DNA of 45,155 nt from Clostridiales bacterium. GTDB lineage: Bacteria > Bacillota > Clostridia > Christensenellales > CAG-138. The stretch lies in assembly GCA_013824375.1 (NCBI GenBank), contig PNNR01000048.1, positions 1-45,155 of the forward strand, read 5' to 3'. Position numbers and translations under genes: made by a program. The notes beneath the pieces are model-generated. The model did not search any database, had not been told where the DNA came from, and was given only the letters and a program-made list of their open reading frames with translations. Below are positions 1 to 8,085 of the stretch, piece after piece (position 1 is the stretch's first letter; each line of letters begins with the position of its first letter).

Positions 1-21
1 CCGCCTTTGGGCGGTTTTTTT
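1..21 (+). terminator. Rho-independent terminator of an off-window upstream gene
   Basis: CCGCC-TTTG-GGCGG hairpin (1-14, possibly truncated by the window edge) followed by a T7 run (15-21). Confidence 0.6.
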
Positions 22-62
22 GTGTCATAGAGCGGATATATCAAAAAGATATGTCGAACCTA

Positions 63-90
63 TTGACAATCAAAATCGGATCGGTATAAT
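63..90 (+). promoter_or_regulatory. Sigma-A type promoter of the PadR gene
   Basis: TTGACA (63-68), 16-nt spacer, TATAAT (85-90); both hexamers are consensus. Confidence 0.7.
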
Positions 91-106
91 ATATCTATCA
101 GATATA
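90..106. promoter_or_regulatory. Palindromic candidate operator overlapping the PadR transcription start
   Basis: TATATCT-ATC-AGATATA perfect 7-3-7 inverted repeat immediately after the -10; further GATAT/ATATC copies at 35-42 and 48-52. Confidence 0.45.
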
Positions 107-114
107 AAGGATGT

Positions 115-699
115 GTGAGCTTGCGACAGACGGATTATGTGATTCTTGGGTTGTTGGCAGAGCAGCCGCTCAGCGGCTATCAGATCAAGAAGCTCGTCGA
201 TATCCGGTTTAAGTTTTTCTGGAGCGAGAGCTTCGGGCAGATTTTTCCCGCGCTGAAGTCGCTCGCGGCAGAAGGACTTGCAGCGGAATGCGCGCAGGAG
301 CACGCGGACGGGCGGGCGAGCAAAACATACCGGATCACGCCTGCGGGCAGGGAAGCGCTTGTCGCGTGGCTCAGTCAGCCAGTGGAAAAGGAGTCTCTGC
401 GGCTGGAAATCCTGCTCAAGACGTATTTTTCCAACTATGCCGCGCCCGGCGTGATGCTTAATCATCTTGCGGCGTTTGAGCAGAGCCACGCGCAGCAGCT
501 GCAAATCCTCGGCATGTTTCAAAAAGAACTGGAAAGCATCATTGACGACGACGAAAACCACCGCGAGGTGCTCCGCGTGATCGACTTCGGGCAGAAGGTG
601 AACAGCGCCTACCTCGACTGGTGCCGCGAAACGCGGGACTATTTTGAGAAAAAGCAAGCCCATTTGCGTGAAGCGCAGAGCAGCACTGACCACAAATAA
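115..699 (+). CDS. PadR family transcriptional regulator
   Basis: N-terminus DYVILGLLAEQPLSGYQIKKL...FPALKSLAAEG is a typical PadR winged helix. GTG 115 or TTG 121 could be the start; AAAGGA RBS at 106-111. Confidence 0.85.
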   Translation: MSLRQTDYVILGLLAEQPLSGYQIKKLVDIRFKFFWSESFGQIFPALKSLAAEGLAAECAQEHADGRASKTYRITPAGREALVAWLSQPVEKESLRLEILLKTYFSNYAAPGVMLNHLAAFEQSHAQQLQILGMFQKELESIIDDDENHREVLRVIDFGQKVNSAYLDWCRETRDYFEKKQAHLREAQSSTDHK

Positions 700-736
700 C
701 AAGCACAACGACTCTACTACAAAGGAGCTAGCAATC

Positions 737-1459
737 ATGCGTCAAAAAATCCGCAGAATTCTGCTGTACGTCTCTCTGTTTCTCTTTCCGGTGACGATGA
801 ACTTCCTCTCGCCGTACGTTTCCATCGACGGCGCGTTCGCGGGGGTGCTCTCCGGCAGCGCGATCATGTTTCTCGTGCTGTTCGTCTCCGGCATGTTCTT
901 GGGCCGCGCGTGGTGCGGCTGGCTGTGCCCGGCGGGCGGCGTCGCGGAGGTCGCGCAGACCGTGAACCCGAAGCCCGCCAACGCAAAGCGGTTAAAGATC
1001 GTGCGTTACGTCATCTTCGCGGTGTGGTTCGGCGTGCTCGTCACGGGTTTTGTGCTCGCGGGCGGCATCAAGGGCATCGATCCGCTGCGCCTGACCGAGA
1101 ACTATGTCTCCGTGGACGAGCCGCTGAAGTACATCACGTACTATCTCGTGCTGGGGCTTTTCTTTCTGCTGGATCTCACGCTCGGCCGGCGCGGCGCCTG
1201 CCACGGCATCTGCTGGATGAGCCCGTTCCTCAACGCGGGCATGCTGGTCGGAAGGCTGCTGCACCTGCCGCAGATGCGGATCAAATCCAAACCGGAGAAC
1301 TGCATCGACTGCAAGAAGTGCAACAACAAGTGCCCGATGAGCATCGACGTCAATGCCGCGGTCAAGACGGGCAGCGTCAAGAGCTACGATTGCATCCTCT
1401 GCGGCGAGTGCGTGGATGTTTGCCCGAAGGACGTGCTGTCGTATCGGAAACCGAAATAA
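737..1459 (+). CDS. Membrane-bound 4Fe-4S ferredoxin-domain protein (NapH/MauN-like architecture)
   Basis: ATG 737 follows AAAGGAG (721-727). Several TM helices, a CGWLCPAGG motif, and two CxxCxxCxxxCP clusters (CIDCKKCNNKCP, CILCGECVDVCP). The track ORF start at 644 overlaps padR and is unlikely. Confidence 0.8.
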   Translation: MRQKIRRILLYVSLFLFPVTMNFLSPYVSIDGAFAGVLSGSAIMFLVLFVSGMFLGRAWCGWLCPAGGVAEVAQTVNPKPANAKRLKIVRYVIFAVWFGVLVTGFVLAGGIKGIDPLRLTENYVSVDEPLKYITYYLVLGLFFLLDLTLGRRGACHGICWMSPFLNAGMLVGRLLHLPQMRIKSKPENCIDCKKCNNKCPMSIDVNAAVKTGSVKSYDCILCGECVDVCPKDVLSYRKPK

Positions 1460-1475
1460 GATGAAGTAGAAACAA

Positions 1476-1510
1476 AGCCGGACGCGAAAGCGTTCGGCTT
1501 TTCTTCTTTT
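1476..1510 (+). terminator. Rho-independent terminator
   Basis: AGCCGGACGC-GAAA-GCGTTCGGCT 10-bp stem (one G-U pair) with a GNRA loop, then a T-rich tract TTTTCTTCTTTT. Confidence 0.75.
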
Positions 1511-1511
1511 G

Positions 1512-1540
1512 TTGACGCAACCCCTTTGCAAGCATAGAAT
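1512..1540 (+). promoter_or_regulatory. Sigma-A type promoter for the GLUG/Big_2 gene
   Basis: TTGACG (1512-1517), 17-nt spacer, TAGAAT (1535-1540). Confidence 0.55.
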
Positions 1541-1647
1541 GTTTCTGTCACCCGACGGGTGCAAGATTCTTCCGCAAAGGACACGTTGATTGAAATGAAA
1601 CACCGCCTGCTCGCCACCTGTTCATCCTGCTCCTGCTCCTTACGCCC

Positions 1648-3018
1648 ATGCCCGCGCGGGCGGAGGCGGCGGAGCCTGTCGTGATCAACGACGCAACGGG
1701 GCTGCTGGCGATGGCGGAGCAACCGGAGGGGAACTATGTGCTCGGCGCGGATATCGACATGCGCTGGACAACGTGGACGCCATTCGCCTTCTCCGGCAGC
1801 CTCGACGGCGCGGGGCACACGATCTATAACCTCACCCTCTCGCAAACGGGCGAGGAGCAGCGCATCACCTACGACGGGCGGCACCGCGGCTATCAAACCG
1901 TGTTTGCAGCGCTGTTTTCCTCCGTCAGCGGCACGGTGCAAAACCTGAACCTGCTCAACGTCAAGGCGGATCTTTCGACCGATCAGCCCTGCTTTCTCGC
2001 CGGCATCGCGGGGTATCTGGCCAAAGGCACGATTACGCACTGTTCCGTCTCGGGCAGGCTGAAGATCACGTCCACAGCACCGCAGTGCGGCGCGGGCGGC
2101 ATCGCCGGTTTCGGTCGCGGCCTCATTCAGGATTGCGCGGTGGACGCGGAGATCACAATCGTCGCGGTCAATCCCGCGTCCTACTGCGAGGAATATCTCG
2201 GCGGCATCCTCGCCAACGGTTTTGCGGACGTTGAGAACTGCGCGATCAAGCTCGAGGGCTTTACCTCTGTGCGCGGCTATGTGCATAACGGCGGCATCGT
2301 TGGCTTATCCGACGTGAACCCCGAAAACAAGCGCTATTTCGGCTTTGTGCGCGGCTGCAGTGTGGATGCAAGGATCTCATTTTTCGAGGACGTGGAGGAC
2401 AGGCGCGCCTATTGCAGCGCGTATGTCGGGGAAATTCAGAACGACGACCTGATCGTCGGCAAAAACACGGCTGTGCGCTTTGAGAGCGTAGAGAGCAAAG
2501 CCTTTGCGCGCATGCTGCTGCCGGATACGGACGAAAACCCCGTCTATAACGCTGTCGTGACCGCGCCGCGCTGCAAGGAGCTCGGCTACACGACCTTCAC
2601 GAACCCCAAGACGGGCTATACATACCGCGACGACTACACCGCACCCGCGCATACGCCGGGCAGGTGGGAGGTCATTACCCCCGCGACCTACGACAGCGAA
2701 GGCGTCCGGCGGCAGAGTTGCTCCGAATGCGGCGTGCTGCTGCGGGAGGAGATGACGCCGAAGCTGATCGCGAGTGCGTCCTGCTCGCTCAACGAGAGCA
2801 GCGTTAGGTTGCCGTATCAAGCGACGATGCAACTGACCGCGACCGTATTGCCGGAGGATACGACGGACAAGAACCTCCGCTGGATGAGCTCGAATGAGAC
2901 CGTGCTGAAGGTGGACGGAAACGGCCTCGTCACCGCGGTCGGCAAAGGGACTGCCGCGATCTATGTCAAGACGGGAGACGGATTATCCTCCGCCGCATGC
3001 GAATGGAGGTCTATTTGA
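1648..3018 (+). CDS. Secreted GLUG-motif repeat protein with C-terminal Big_2 (bacterial Ig-like) domain; 5' end disrupted by a frameshift (see findings)
   Basis: Four GLUG-like repeats (CFLAGIAGYLAKGTITHC, CGAGGIAGFGRGLIQDC, LGGILANGFADVENC, NGGIVGLSD...GCSV). C-terminal Big_2-like segment LTATVLPEDTTDKNLRWMSSNETVLKVDGNGLVTAVGKGTAAIYV. The likely true ATG at 1595 is in another frame. Confidence 0.75.
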   Translation: MPARAEAAEPVVINDATGLLAMAEQPEGNYVLGADIDMRWTTWTPFAFSGSLDGAGHTIYNLTLSQTGEEQRITYDGRHRGYQTVFAALFSSVSGTVQNLNLLNVKADLSTDQPCFLAGIAGYLAKGTITHCSVSGRLKITSTAPQCGAGGIAGFGRGLIQDCAVDAEITIVAVNPASYCEEYLGGILANGFADVENCAIKLEGFTSVRGYVHNGGIVGLSDVNPENKRYFGFVRGCSVDARISFFEDVEDRRAYCSAYVGEIQNDDLIVGKNTAVRFESVESKAFARMLLPDTDENPVYNAVVTAPRCKELGYTTFTNPKTGYTYRDDYTAPAHTPGRWEVITPATYDSEGVRRQSCSECGVLLREEMTPKLIASASCSLNESSVRLPYQATMQLTATVLPEDTTDKNLRWMSSNETVLKVDGNGLVTAVGKGTAAIYVKTGDGLSSAACEWRSI

Positions 3019-3265
3019 CACCTAGTCAATGGATCACGCGGTATATTTTGTTCGGGTGGATATGGGAATAATAGGAGGGCATCAATGCTGAACTCCGCCT
3101 TGACCATGCGATAAAACGTGTAAAAATTACTCTGTTATTATTCGTCCTGTATGATAAAATCAATCTTAGATGGATACCATTCTTCACCACTGCGCGATAC
3201 GCCTGTTCAAATGAAAACGCGGCAAACAGACTTGAACTAGATGACCCGTATAAAGGGGGTACGTC

Positions 3266-4417
3266 ATGCAGGATGTGCTATATGTGGAAATCAGCGCGTT
3301 GGGTATCATCCTTCTACTCATCGTGTTATTGACCCAGCGCGAAGTGAACGGCATTTCCGCAGCACAACGCAGATTCAATTCGCTCATCTTTATGATGATG
3401 CTGATGCTTGTTGTTGACGCTGCTTGCTGGCTGATTGACGGAACACGATTTCTGTTTGCACGTGAACTGAACTATGCGGTGGAGTCTTTTTACTATGTGT
3501 TGCATGTGCTGCTGCCTTTCCTCTGGGCGCTGTTTGTGGAAGGAGCGCTGAGTACGGACTTGAAGGCCGCAAAGCAACGCGTCTTCATTCTTGCTTTACC
3601 ATTGGTTGCGGCCTTTGTTGCAGTAATATTGAACATCAGATACGAGTTTGTGTTCTCAATCGATACACAAAATGTATATCACCGTGAATCAGGATTTTAT
3701 GTTTTTGCAGCGTTATCCTATTCCTACCTTGTTTATAGCAGCATCCGCGCGTTGATTAAAGCAAGGCAAGCGGCTTGGGTAGACGATCGCCGGCGTTGTT
3801 ATACGATGGCTTTCTTTGCGGTGCTTCCATCTCTCGGAGGGCTTATTCAGCTGTTTTTCTACGGTGTAAGCCTGAACTGGATTCTTGCGTCGGTTTCAAT
3901 TTTACTGGTATATATCGACACACAAAACCGTCAAATCTCAACCGATCCACTCACCGGAGTGAATAATCGCCGGGAACTCGGTAAGTTTTTACTGCGCGAA
4001 ACTGGAGAGCGAGATCAGGCAAGAAGCGGCGCGGTAACGTTGATCATGATCGACGTGGATGATTTTAAGCAAATCAACGATAACTACGGACATTTTTACG
4101 GCGACGGCGTGCTTATCAATGTTGCCGAAATTCTGAAAACAAGTTGTAAAAACTCCAACGCATTTCTCGCGCGGTACGGCGGAGACGAGTTTTGCATCGT
4201 TTTGCCACCGACTCCAGAGATGGATGTAGAGCAGATCATCGCCCAGGTGCAGGCAAATGTATCAGACTGGAACGCCTCGCATCCGGACCGAAAGTCCATT
4301 GGACTTAGTATCGGTTTTGCGGAGTGGGATCCACAGTTGGATAAATCATACGAAACGCTCATTTCTCGAGCGGATGTGCGTATGTATGAGATCAAGAACG
4401 CGAAAAAACGCACGTAA
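3266..4417 (+). CDS. Membrane diguanylate cyclase (multi-TM N-terminal domain + GGDEF)
   Basis: DPLTGVNNRREL...RYGGDEFCIVL GGDEF domain; about six hydrophobic helices in the first 220 aa; AAGGGGG RBS at 3253-3259. Confidence 0.9.
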   Translation: MQDVLYVEISALGIILLLIVLLTQREVNGISAAQRRFNSLIFMMMLMLVVDAACWLIDGTRFLFARELNYAVESFYYVLHVLLPFLWALFVEGALSTDLKAAKQRVFILALPLVAAFVAVILNIRYEFVFSIDTQNVYHRESGFYVFAALSYSYLVYSSIRALIKARQAAWVDDRRRCYTMAFFAVLPSLGGLIQLFFYGVSLNWILASVSILLVYIDTQNRQISTDPLTGVNNRRELGKFLLRETGERDQARSGAVTLIMIDVDDFKQINDNYGHFYGDGVLINVAEILKTSCKNSNAFLARYGGDEFCIVLPPTPEMDVEQIIAQVQANVSDWNASHPDRKSIGLSIGFAEWDPQLDKSYETLISRADVRMYEIKNAKKRT

Positions 4418-4433
4418 AAATAAACGAAGATAT

Positions 4434-4475
4434 GCAAGCCCGCCGGAAGGCGGGCTTGCATGTTGCTTTGATTTC
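4434..4475 (+). terminator. Rho-independent terminator
   Basis: GCAAGCCCGCC-GGAA-GGCGGGCTTGC perfect 11-bp stem followed by a T-rich tail. Confidence 0.75.
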
Positions 4476-4517
4476 GTTACTCTTTGTTAAGAGATTGGGG
4501 GAATATCGACTGCCGAT

Positions 4518-4545
4518 TTGCATTTTCTCGTGCATGTGATATCAT
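4518..4545 (+). promoter_or_regulatory. Sigma-A type promoter of the MarR gene
   Basis: TTGCAT (4518-4523), 16-nt spacer, TATCAT (4540-4545) preceded by TGA (extended -10). Confidence 0.6.
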
Positions 4546-4551
4546 AAAATA

Positions 4552-4566
4552 GTTCGTAGTACGAAG
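4552..4566. promoter_or_regulatory. Candidate MarR/FabT-like operator, site 1
   Basis: GTTCGTA-G-TACGAAG palindrome (core TTCGTAgTACGAA is perfect), 7 nt after the -10; related to site 2 at 5284-5298. Confidence 0.5.
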
Positions 4567-4601
4567 TAGTTTCGGCTGCCCTGCCGCCAAGGAGTGAAAT
4601 C

Positions 4602-5051
4602 ATGACCGATCAGGAAATCGAGCTGTTGCTCAATCAGGCGCTCAAAGACATGTTCTACAGCGTTCTGCGGCTGCAGGAAAAGAGTGTCAGCAAGCTTGCC
4701 AACGGGAACCTGAGCCGCACAGAGATGCATGCGCTTGAGATCGTGCAGGACATTCCGGATGCGACGCTGACGCAGATTGCGGACATACTTGGCATCACAA
4801 AGGCTACGGTGAGCGTGTCCGTCAGCCGCCTCGTGGAAAAGGGCTTTCTGATAAAAACGCGGGCGGACGACGACAAGCGGAAAAGCATACTGAAGCTTAC
4901 GGATGAGGGGGAGGCGATGTGTAAAAAACACACGCAGTTTCACGATATGCTCATTCAGGCTGTCATTCGGGATTTCAGGGTCGCGCAGTATCCGGAGGTG
5001 CTTCAGTCCATGCAGGCGCTTGTGAACTTTTTTAACCACTTGCGTGTGTAA
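4602..5051 (+). CDS. MarR family transcriptional regulator (candidate FabT-like repressor of fatty-acid synthesis)
   Basis: 149 aa with a MarR-type wHTH (LSRTEMHALEIV...LTQIADILGITKATVSVSVSRLVEKGFL...DDKRK). Sits directly upstream of the acc-fab operon. AAGGAG RBS. Confidence 0.85.
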   Translation: MTDQEIELLLNQALKDMFYSVLRLQEKSVSKLANGNLSRTEMHALEIVQDIPDATLTQIADILGITKATVSVSVSRLVEKGFLIKTRADDDKRKSILKLTDEGEAMCKKHTQFHDMLIQAVIRDFRVAQYPEVLQSMQALVNFFNHLRV

Positions 5052-5241
5052 TTATGCATAAGTGCGGACGGTAATCATGGTATTTGGTGCTTTTTAAACC
5101 GAGATTTGATTGAAAATACGTTGCAGTAACGCATTGTTTTAACAGAATGGAGATTTGTGTTGTGCAATGCGTTCTGTAAAAAACAAGCCAGTATATTAAC
5201 ATGCAGCGGTTCACAATTGAATCGTGGCACGCCCCGTGCGC

Positions 5242-5270
5242 TTGACAAGTAAAAAGTACCATGTTATGAT
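5242..5270 (+). promoter_or_regulatory. Sigma-A type promoter of the acc-fab operon
   Basis: TTGACA (5242-5247), 17-nt spacer ending in TGT, TATGAT (5265-5270). Confidence 0.7.
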
Positions 5271-5283
5271 TCTGCGCAAGTTA

Positions 5284-5298
5284 GTTAGTAGTGCTAAC
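5284..5298. promoter_or_regulatory. Candidate MarR/FabT-like operator, site 2
   Basis: GTTAGTA-G-TGCTAAC 7-1-7 palindrome (one mismatch), 14 nt after the -10; consensus with site 1 is GTTnGTA-G-TrCnAAs. Confidence 0.5.
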
Positions 5299-5393
5299 CA
5301 AGTGCGGGATCATTTTTTTATACCAACCGCACGACGATTTTTTACTCACTGCTCTGGACTCATACATAATTTATACCCGAAAGGACCCTACAC

Positions 5394-5813
5394 ATGGATC
5401 TGGACGTAATCATCCGGTTGATGGAGTGCGCGGAAAAATCCGCGTTTTCGAAAATTGAAGTACAGCAGGGAGATCTCAGAATCCTGTTGGAACGCGGAGC
5501 GGTCGCAGTCGCGGCGGCGCCCATTGTCACACAACAGCAACAGCAGCAGGCGGAAGCACCGCAAACGGACGAGAAGGACGCTGTGCGTTCTCCGATCTCC
5601 GGTATATTCTATCTGGCAAAAGAACCCGGCGCAGCCCCGTTTGTTCAGGTCGGCTCCAAGGTGAACAAAGGCGACACGCTCTGCATCATCGAAGCCATGA
5701 AGACCATGAACGAAATCCGTGCGCCAAGGAGCGGCGTCATAGCGGCTATCGCAACCGACGGTGCGACACTGGTCGCCGGAGACGCGCTGTTTCTCTTGAG
5801 TGAAGGAAACTAA
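5394..5813 (+). CDS. accB: Acetyl-CoA carboxylase biotin carboxyl carrier protein
   Basis: Biotinyl-lysine motif IIEAMKTMNEI, Gln/Ala-rich linker, 139 aa. Confidence 0.93.
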   Translation: MDLDVIIRLMECAEKSAFSKIEVQQGDLRILLERGAVAVAAAPIVTQQQQQQAEAPQTDEKDAVRSPISGIFYLAKEPGAAPFVQVGSKVNKGDTLCIIEAMKTMNEIRAPRSGVIAAIATDGATLVAGDALFLLSEGN

Positions 5814-5814
5814 T

Positions 5815-7172
5815 ATGCAGACGGTACTCGTGGCTAATCGCGGGGAGATCGCCGTTAGAATCATCCGCAGCTGTAAAAAGCTGGGGCTTAGGTCTGTTGC
5901 GGTCTATTCCGAAAACGACGAGAGGGGACTGCATGTTCGCCTTGCAGACGAGAGTGTCTGCATCGGCCCGCGTCCTGCGGACAAAAGCTATCTCAGCATT
6001 GACGCAATCCTCGCGGCGGCAAAGGCCTACCGCGCGGATTTGCTGCATCCCGGCGTCGGCTTTCTTTCGGAGAACGATGCGTTTGCAGAGGCGTGTGCCG
6101 AAGCGGGCATTCGTTTCATCGGCCCGCAGCCTTCGAGCATGCGTGTGCTGATAAAGAAGCCGCACGAAAGACCATGATCGCGAACGGGTTTCCCGTCGTG
6201 CCCGGCTCGGACGGCACGGTAGACTCGCTCAAAGAAGCCATACAGGCGGCAAAGAGCATCGGCTACCCGCTGATGATCAAAGCTGCGAAAGGCGGCGGTG
6301 GCAAAGGCATCCGCATCGTCGAGGACGGAGCCACACTGGAGCGTGAATTTCCGCTCGTGCGCAGGGAAGCCGAGCTCGCCTTCGGCGACGGCAGCGTGTA
6401 TCTGGAAGCGTACCTGCCGGAAGCCCGGCACATCGAGGTGCAGATTCTTGCGGATACGTATGGAAACGTGTTGCATCTCGGCACGCGCGAATGCACCCTG
6501 CAGCGCAAGAACCAGAAGCTGATCGAAGAAGCCCCCGCAGCGAACATTCCCGAACACATCCGCACTGCGATCGAGCAGACGGCGGTGGACATCGCCCGCG
6601 CGGTCGGCTACCAGAACGCGGGAACAGTCGAGTTTTTACTCACAAAGGACGGGCGTTTCTTCTTTATGGAGATGAACGCGCGCATTCAGGTTGAGCATCC
6701 GATCACCGAGAGCATCTTCGGGCTTGACCTCATCAAGGCGCAGATTCAGGTCGCAATGGGGCACCATATCCACATTCTTCAGGAGAACCTGATCCCGCGC
6801 GGACATGCGATCGAATGCCGCATCAACGCGGAGTGTCCGGCGGAGAACTTCCGCCCGTCGCCTGGCGTGATCAAGAGCATGCAGCTGCCCGGAGGCAACG
6901 GCATTCGCATCGACAGCGGATACTCCACGGGTGACGAGATTTCGCCCTACTATGATTCGATGGTACTCAAGCTTATCGCCTTCGCGGACGACCGTGACGA
7001 AGCGATCCGGCTGAGTCTTGCCGCGTTGGGAGAACTCACCATCGACGGCATCGATCACAACACAGAGCTTGCCCGCGCGATGCTCAGCGACGCGGATTTC
7101 CGCAGCGGAAACATCCACACAAAATGGATTGAGCAATCGTTCTTGCCTCGGTTTCTTAGGGGGCATACATGA
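5815..7172 (+). pseudogene. accC: Acetyl-CoA carboxylase biotin carboxylase, split by a frameshift near 6148-6152 (or a sequence error)
   Basis: The N-terminal part MQTVLVANRGEIAVRII...FIGPQPSSMRVL (frame of 5815) stops at TGA 6175-6177. The rest, DKEAARKTMIANGFPVVPGSDG...EMNARIQVEHPITE, is in the frame of track ORF 6093..7172. Confidence 0.9.
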
Positions 7173-7221
7173 GAATAGAAGTTGGAGAATCAACTATTGG
7201 GCGGTTTTTAAGGGGACACGC

Positions 7222-8085
7222 ATGAACCTGTTTACAGAGAAAATTGAACATACCCTGCCGCAGACGGGAGAAGAATCCGGTGCGCTGGAGATCCTCCGCT
7301 GCACGCGCTGCGGACGCGACCTTATCGCGGAAGTGGTGCTCGCGGGCGACGCGACCTGCCCCTATTGCGGCAACCTGTTCCGCCAGCCTGCCTATCGCCG
7401 TATCGAGGCGATCGTGGACAGCGGCAGCTTTATCGAAATCGAGCGCGAGACCGAAGCGGGCGATCCGCTCTCGTTCCCGGGTTATCGCACCAAGCTCGAA
7501 AAAGAGCGCGTAAAGAGCAAGATGCAGGAAGGCGTTGTCATCGGCAAGGCGACGATCAAAGGCCAGCGCACCGCGCTCGCGGTCATGGATAGCTATTTCA
7601 TGATGGGCAGCATGGGCACCGTTGTGGGTCAAAAGATCGTAATCCTCGCGGAGTTCGCGCTTTGTAACCGCCTGCCGCTTGTGATCTTCTGCGCTTCCGG
7701 CGGCGCGCGCATGCAAGAAGGCGTACTTTCGCTGATGCAGATGTCGCGCACGACCATCGCGCTCGCGCGACACAGCGCGGCGGGGTTATTACACCTCAAC
7801 GTACTCACACACCCGACGACGGGCGGCGTCACTGCAAGCTTTGCCATGCAGGGCGATATCACGCTAGCCGAACCCGGCGCGCTGATCGGCTTTGCAGGTC
7901 CGCGCGTGATCGAACAGACCATGCGGGACAAACTGCCGGAGGGATTCCAGTCGGCGGAGTATCTCAATGAACACGGATTCGTCGACCGGATCGTCGAGCG
8001 CAGAGACATGCGTGAAACGCTGGCGACGCTGCTTGCGCTGCACAACGCGGGGCACATAGAGACGGCGGAGGGGGTGCGCAGATGA
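7222..8085 (+). CDS. accD: Acetyl-CoA carboxylase carboxyltransferase beta subunit
   Basis: Zn-ribbon CTRCGRDL...CPYCGN and CT-beta core SMGTVVGQK...ASGGARMQEG; start chosen at ATG 7222 (MNLFTEKI). Confidence 0.9.
   Translation: MNLFTEKIEHTLPQTGEESGALEILRCTRCGRDLIAEVVLAGDATCPYCGNLFRQPAYRRIEAIVDSGSFIEIERETEAGDPLSFPGYRTKLEKERVKSKMQEGVVIGKATIKGQRTALAVMDSYFMMGSMGTVVGQKIVILAEFALCNRLPLVIFCASGGARMQEGVLSLMQMSRTTIALARHSAAGLLHLNVLTHPTTGGVTASFAMQGDITLAEPGALIGFAGPRVIEQTMRDKLPEGFQSAEYLNEHGFVDRIVERRDMRETLATLLALHNAGHIETAEGVRR

Noticed and set aside
644-736. Upstream extension of the 4Fe-4S protein ORF (track start 644)
   Set aside because: It overlaps the padR 3' end and has no RBS. ATG 737 has AAAGGAG at ideal spacing and begins the first TM helix.
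5530-5550. CAG/CAA-rich run (QQQQQQ) in accB as a possible microsatellite or phase-variable repeat
   Set aside because: It is only six mixed Gln codons within the normal Ala/Pro/Gln-rich BCCP linker. It is not a perfect tandem DNA repeat.
7018-7221. Upstream extension of accD (track start 7018)
   Set aside because: It overlaps the accC 3' end in another frame. The conserved AccD N-terminus and Zn-ribbon begin after ATG 7222.
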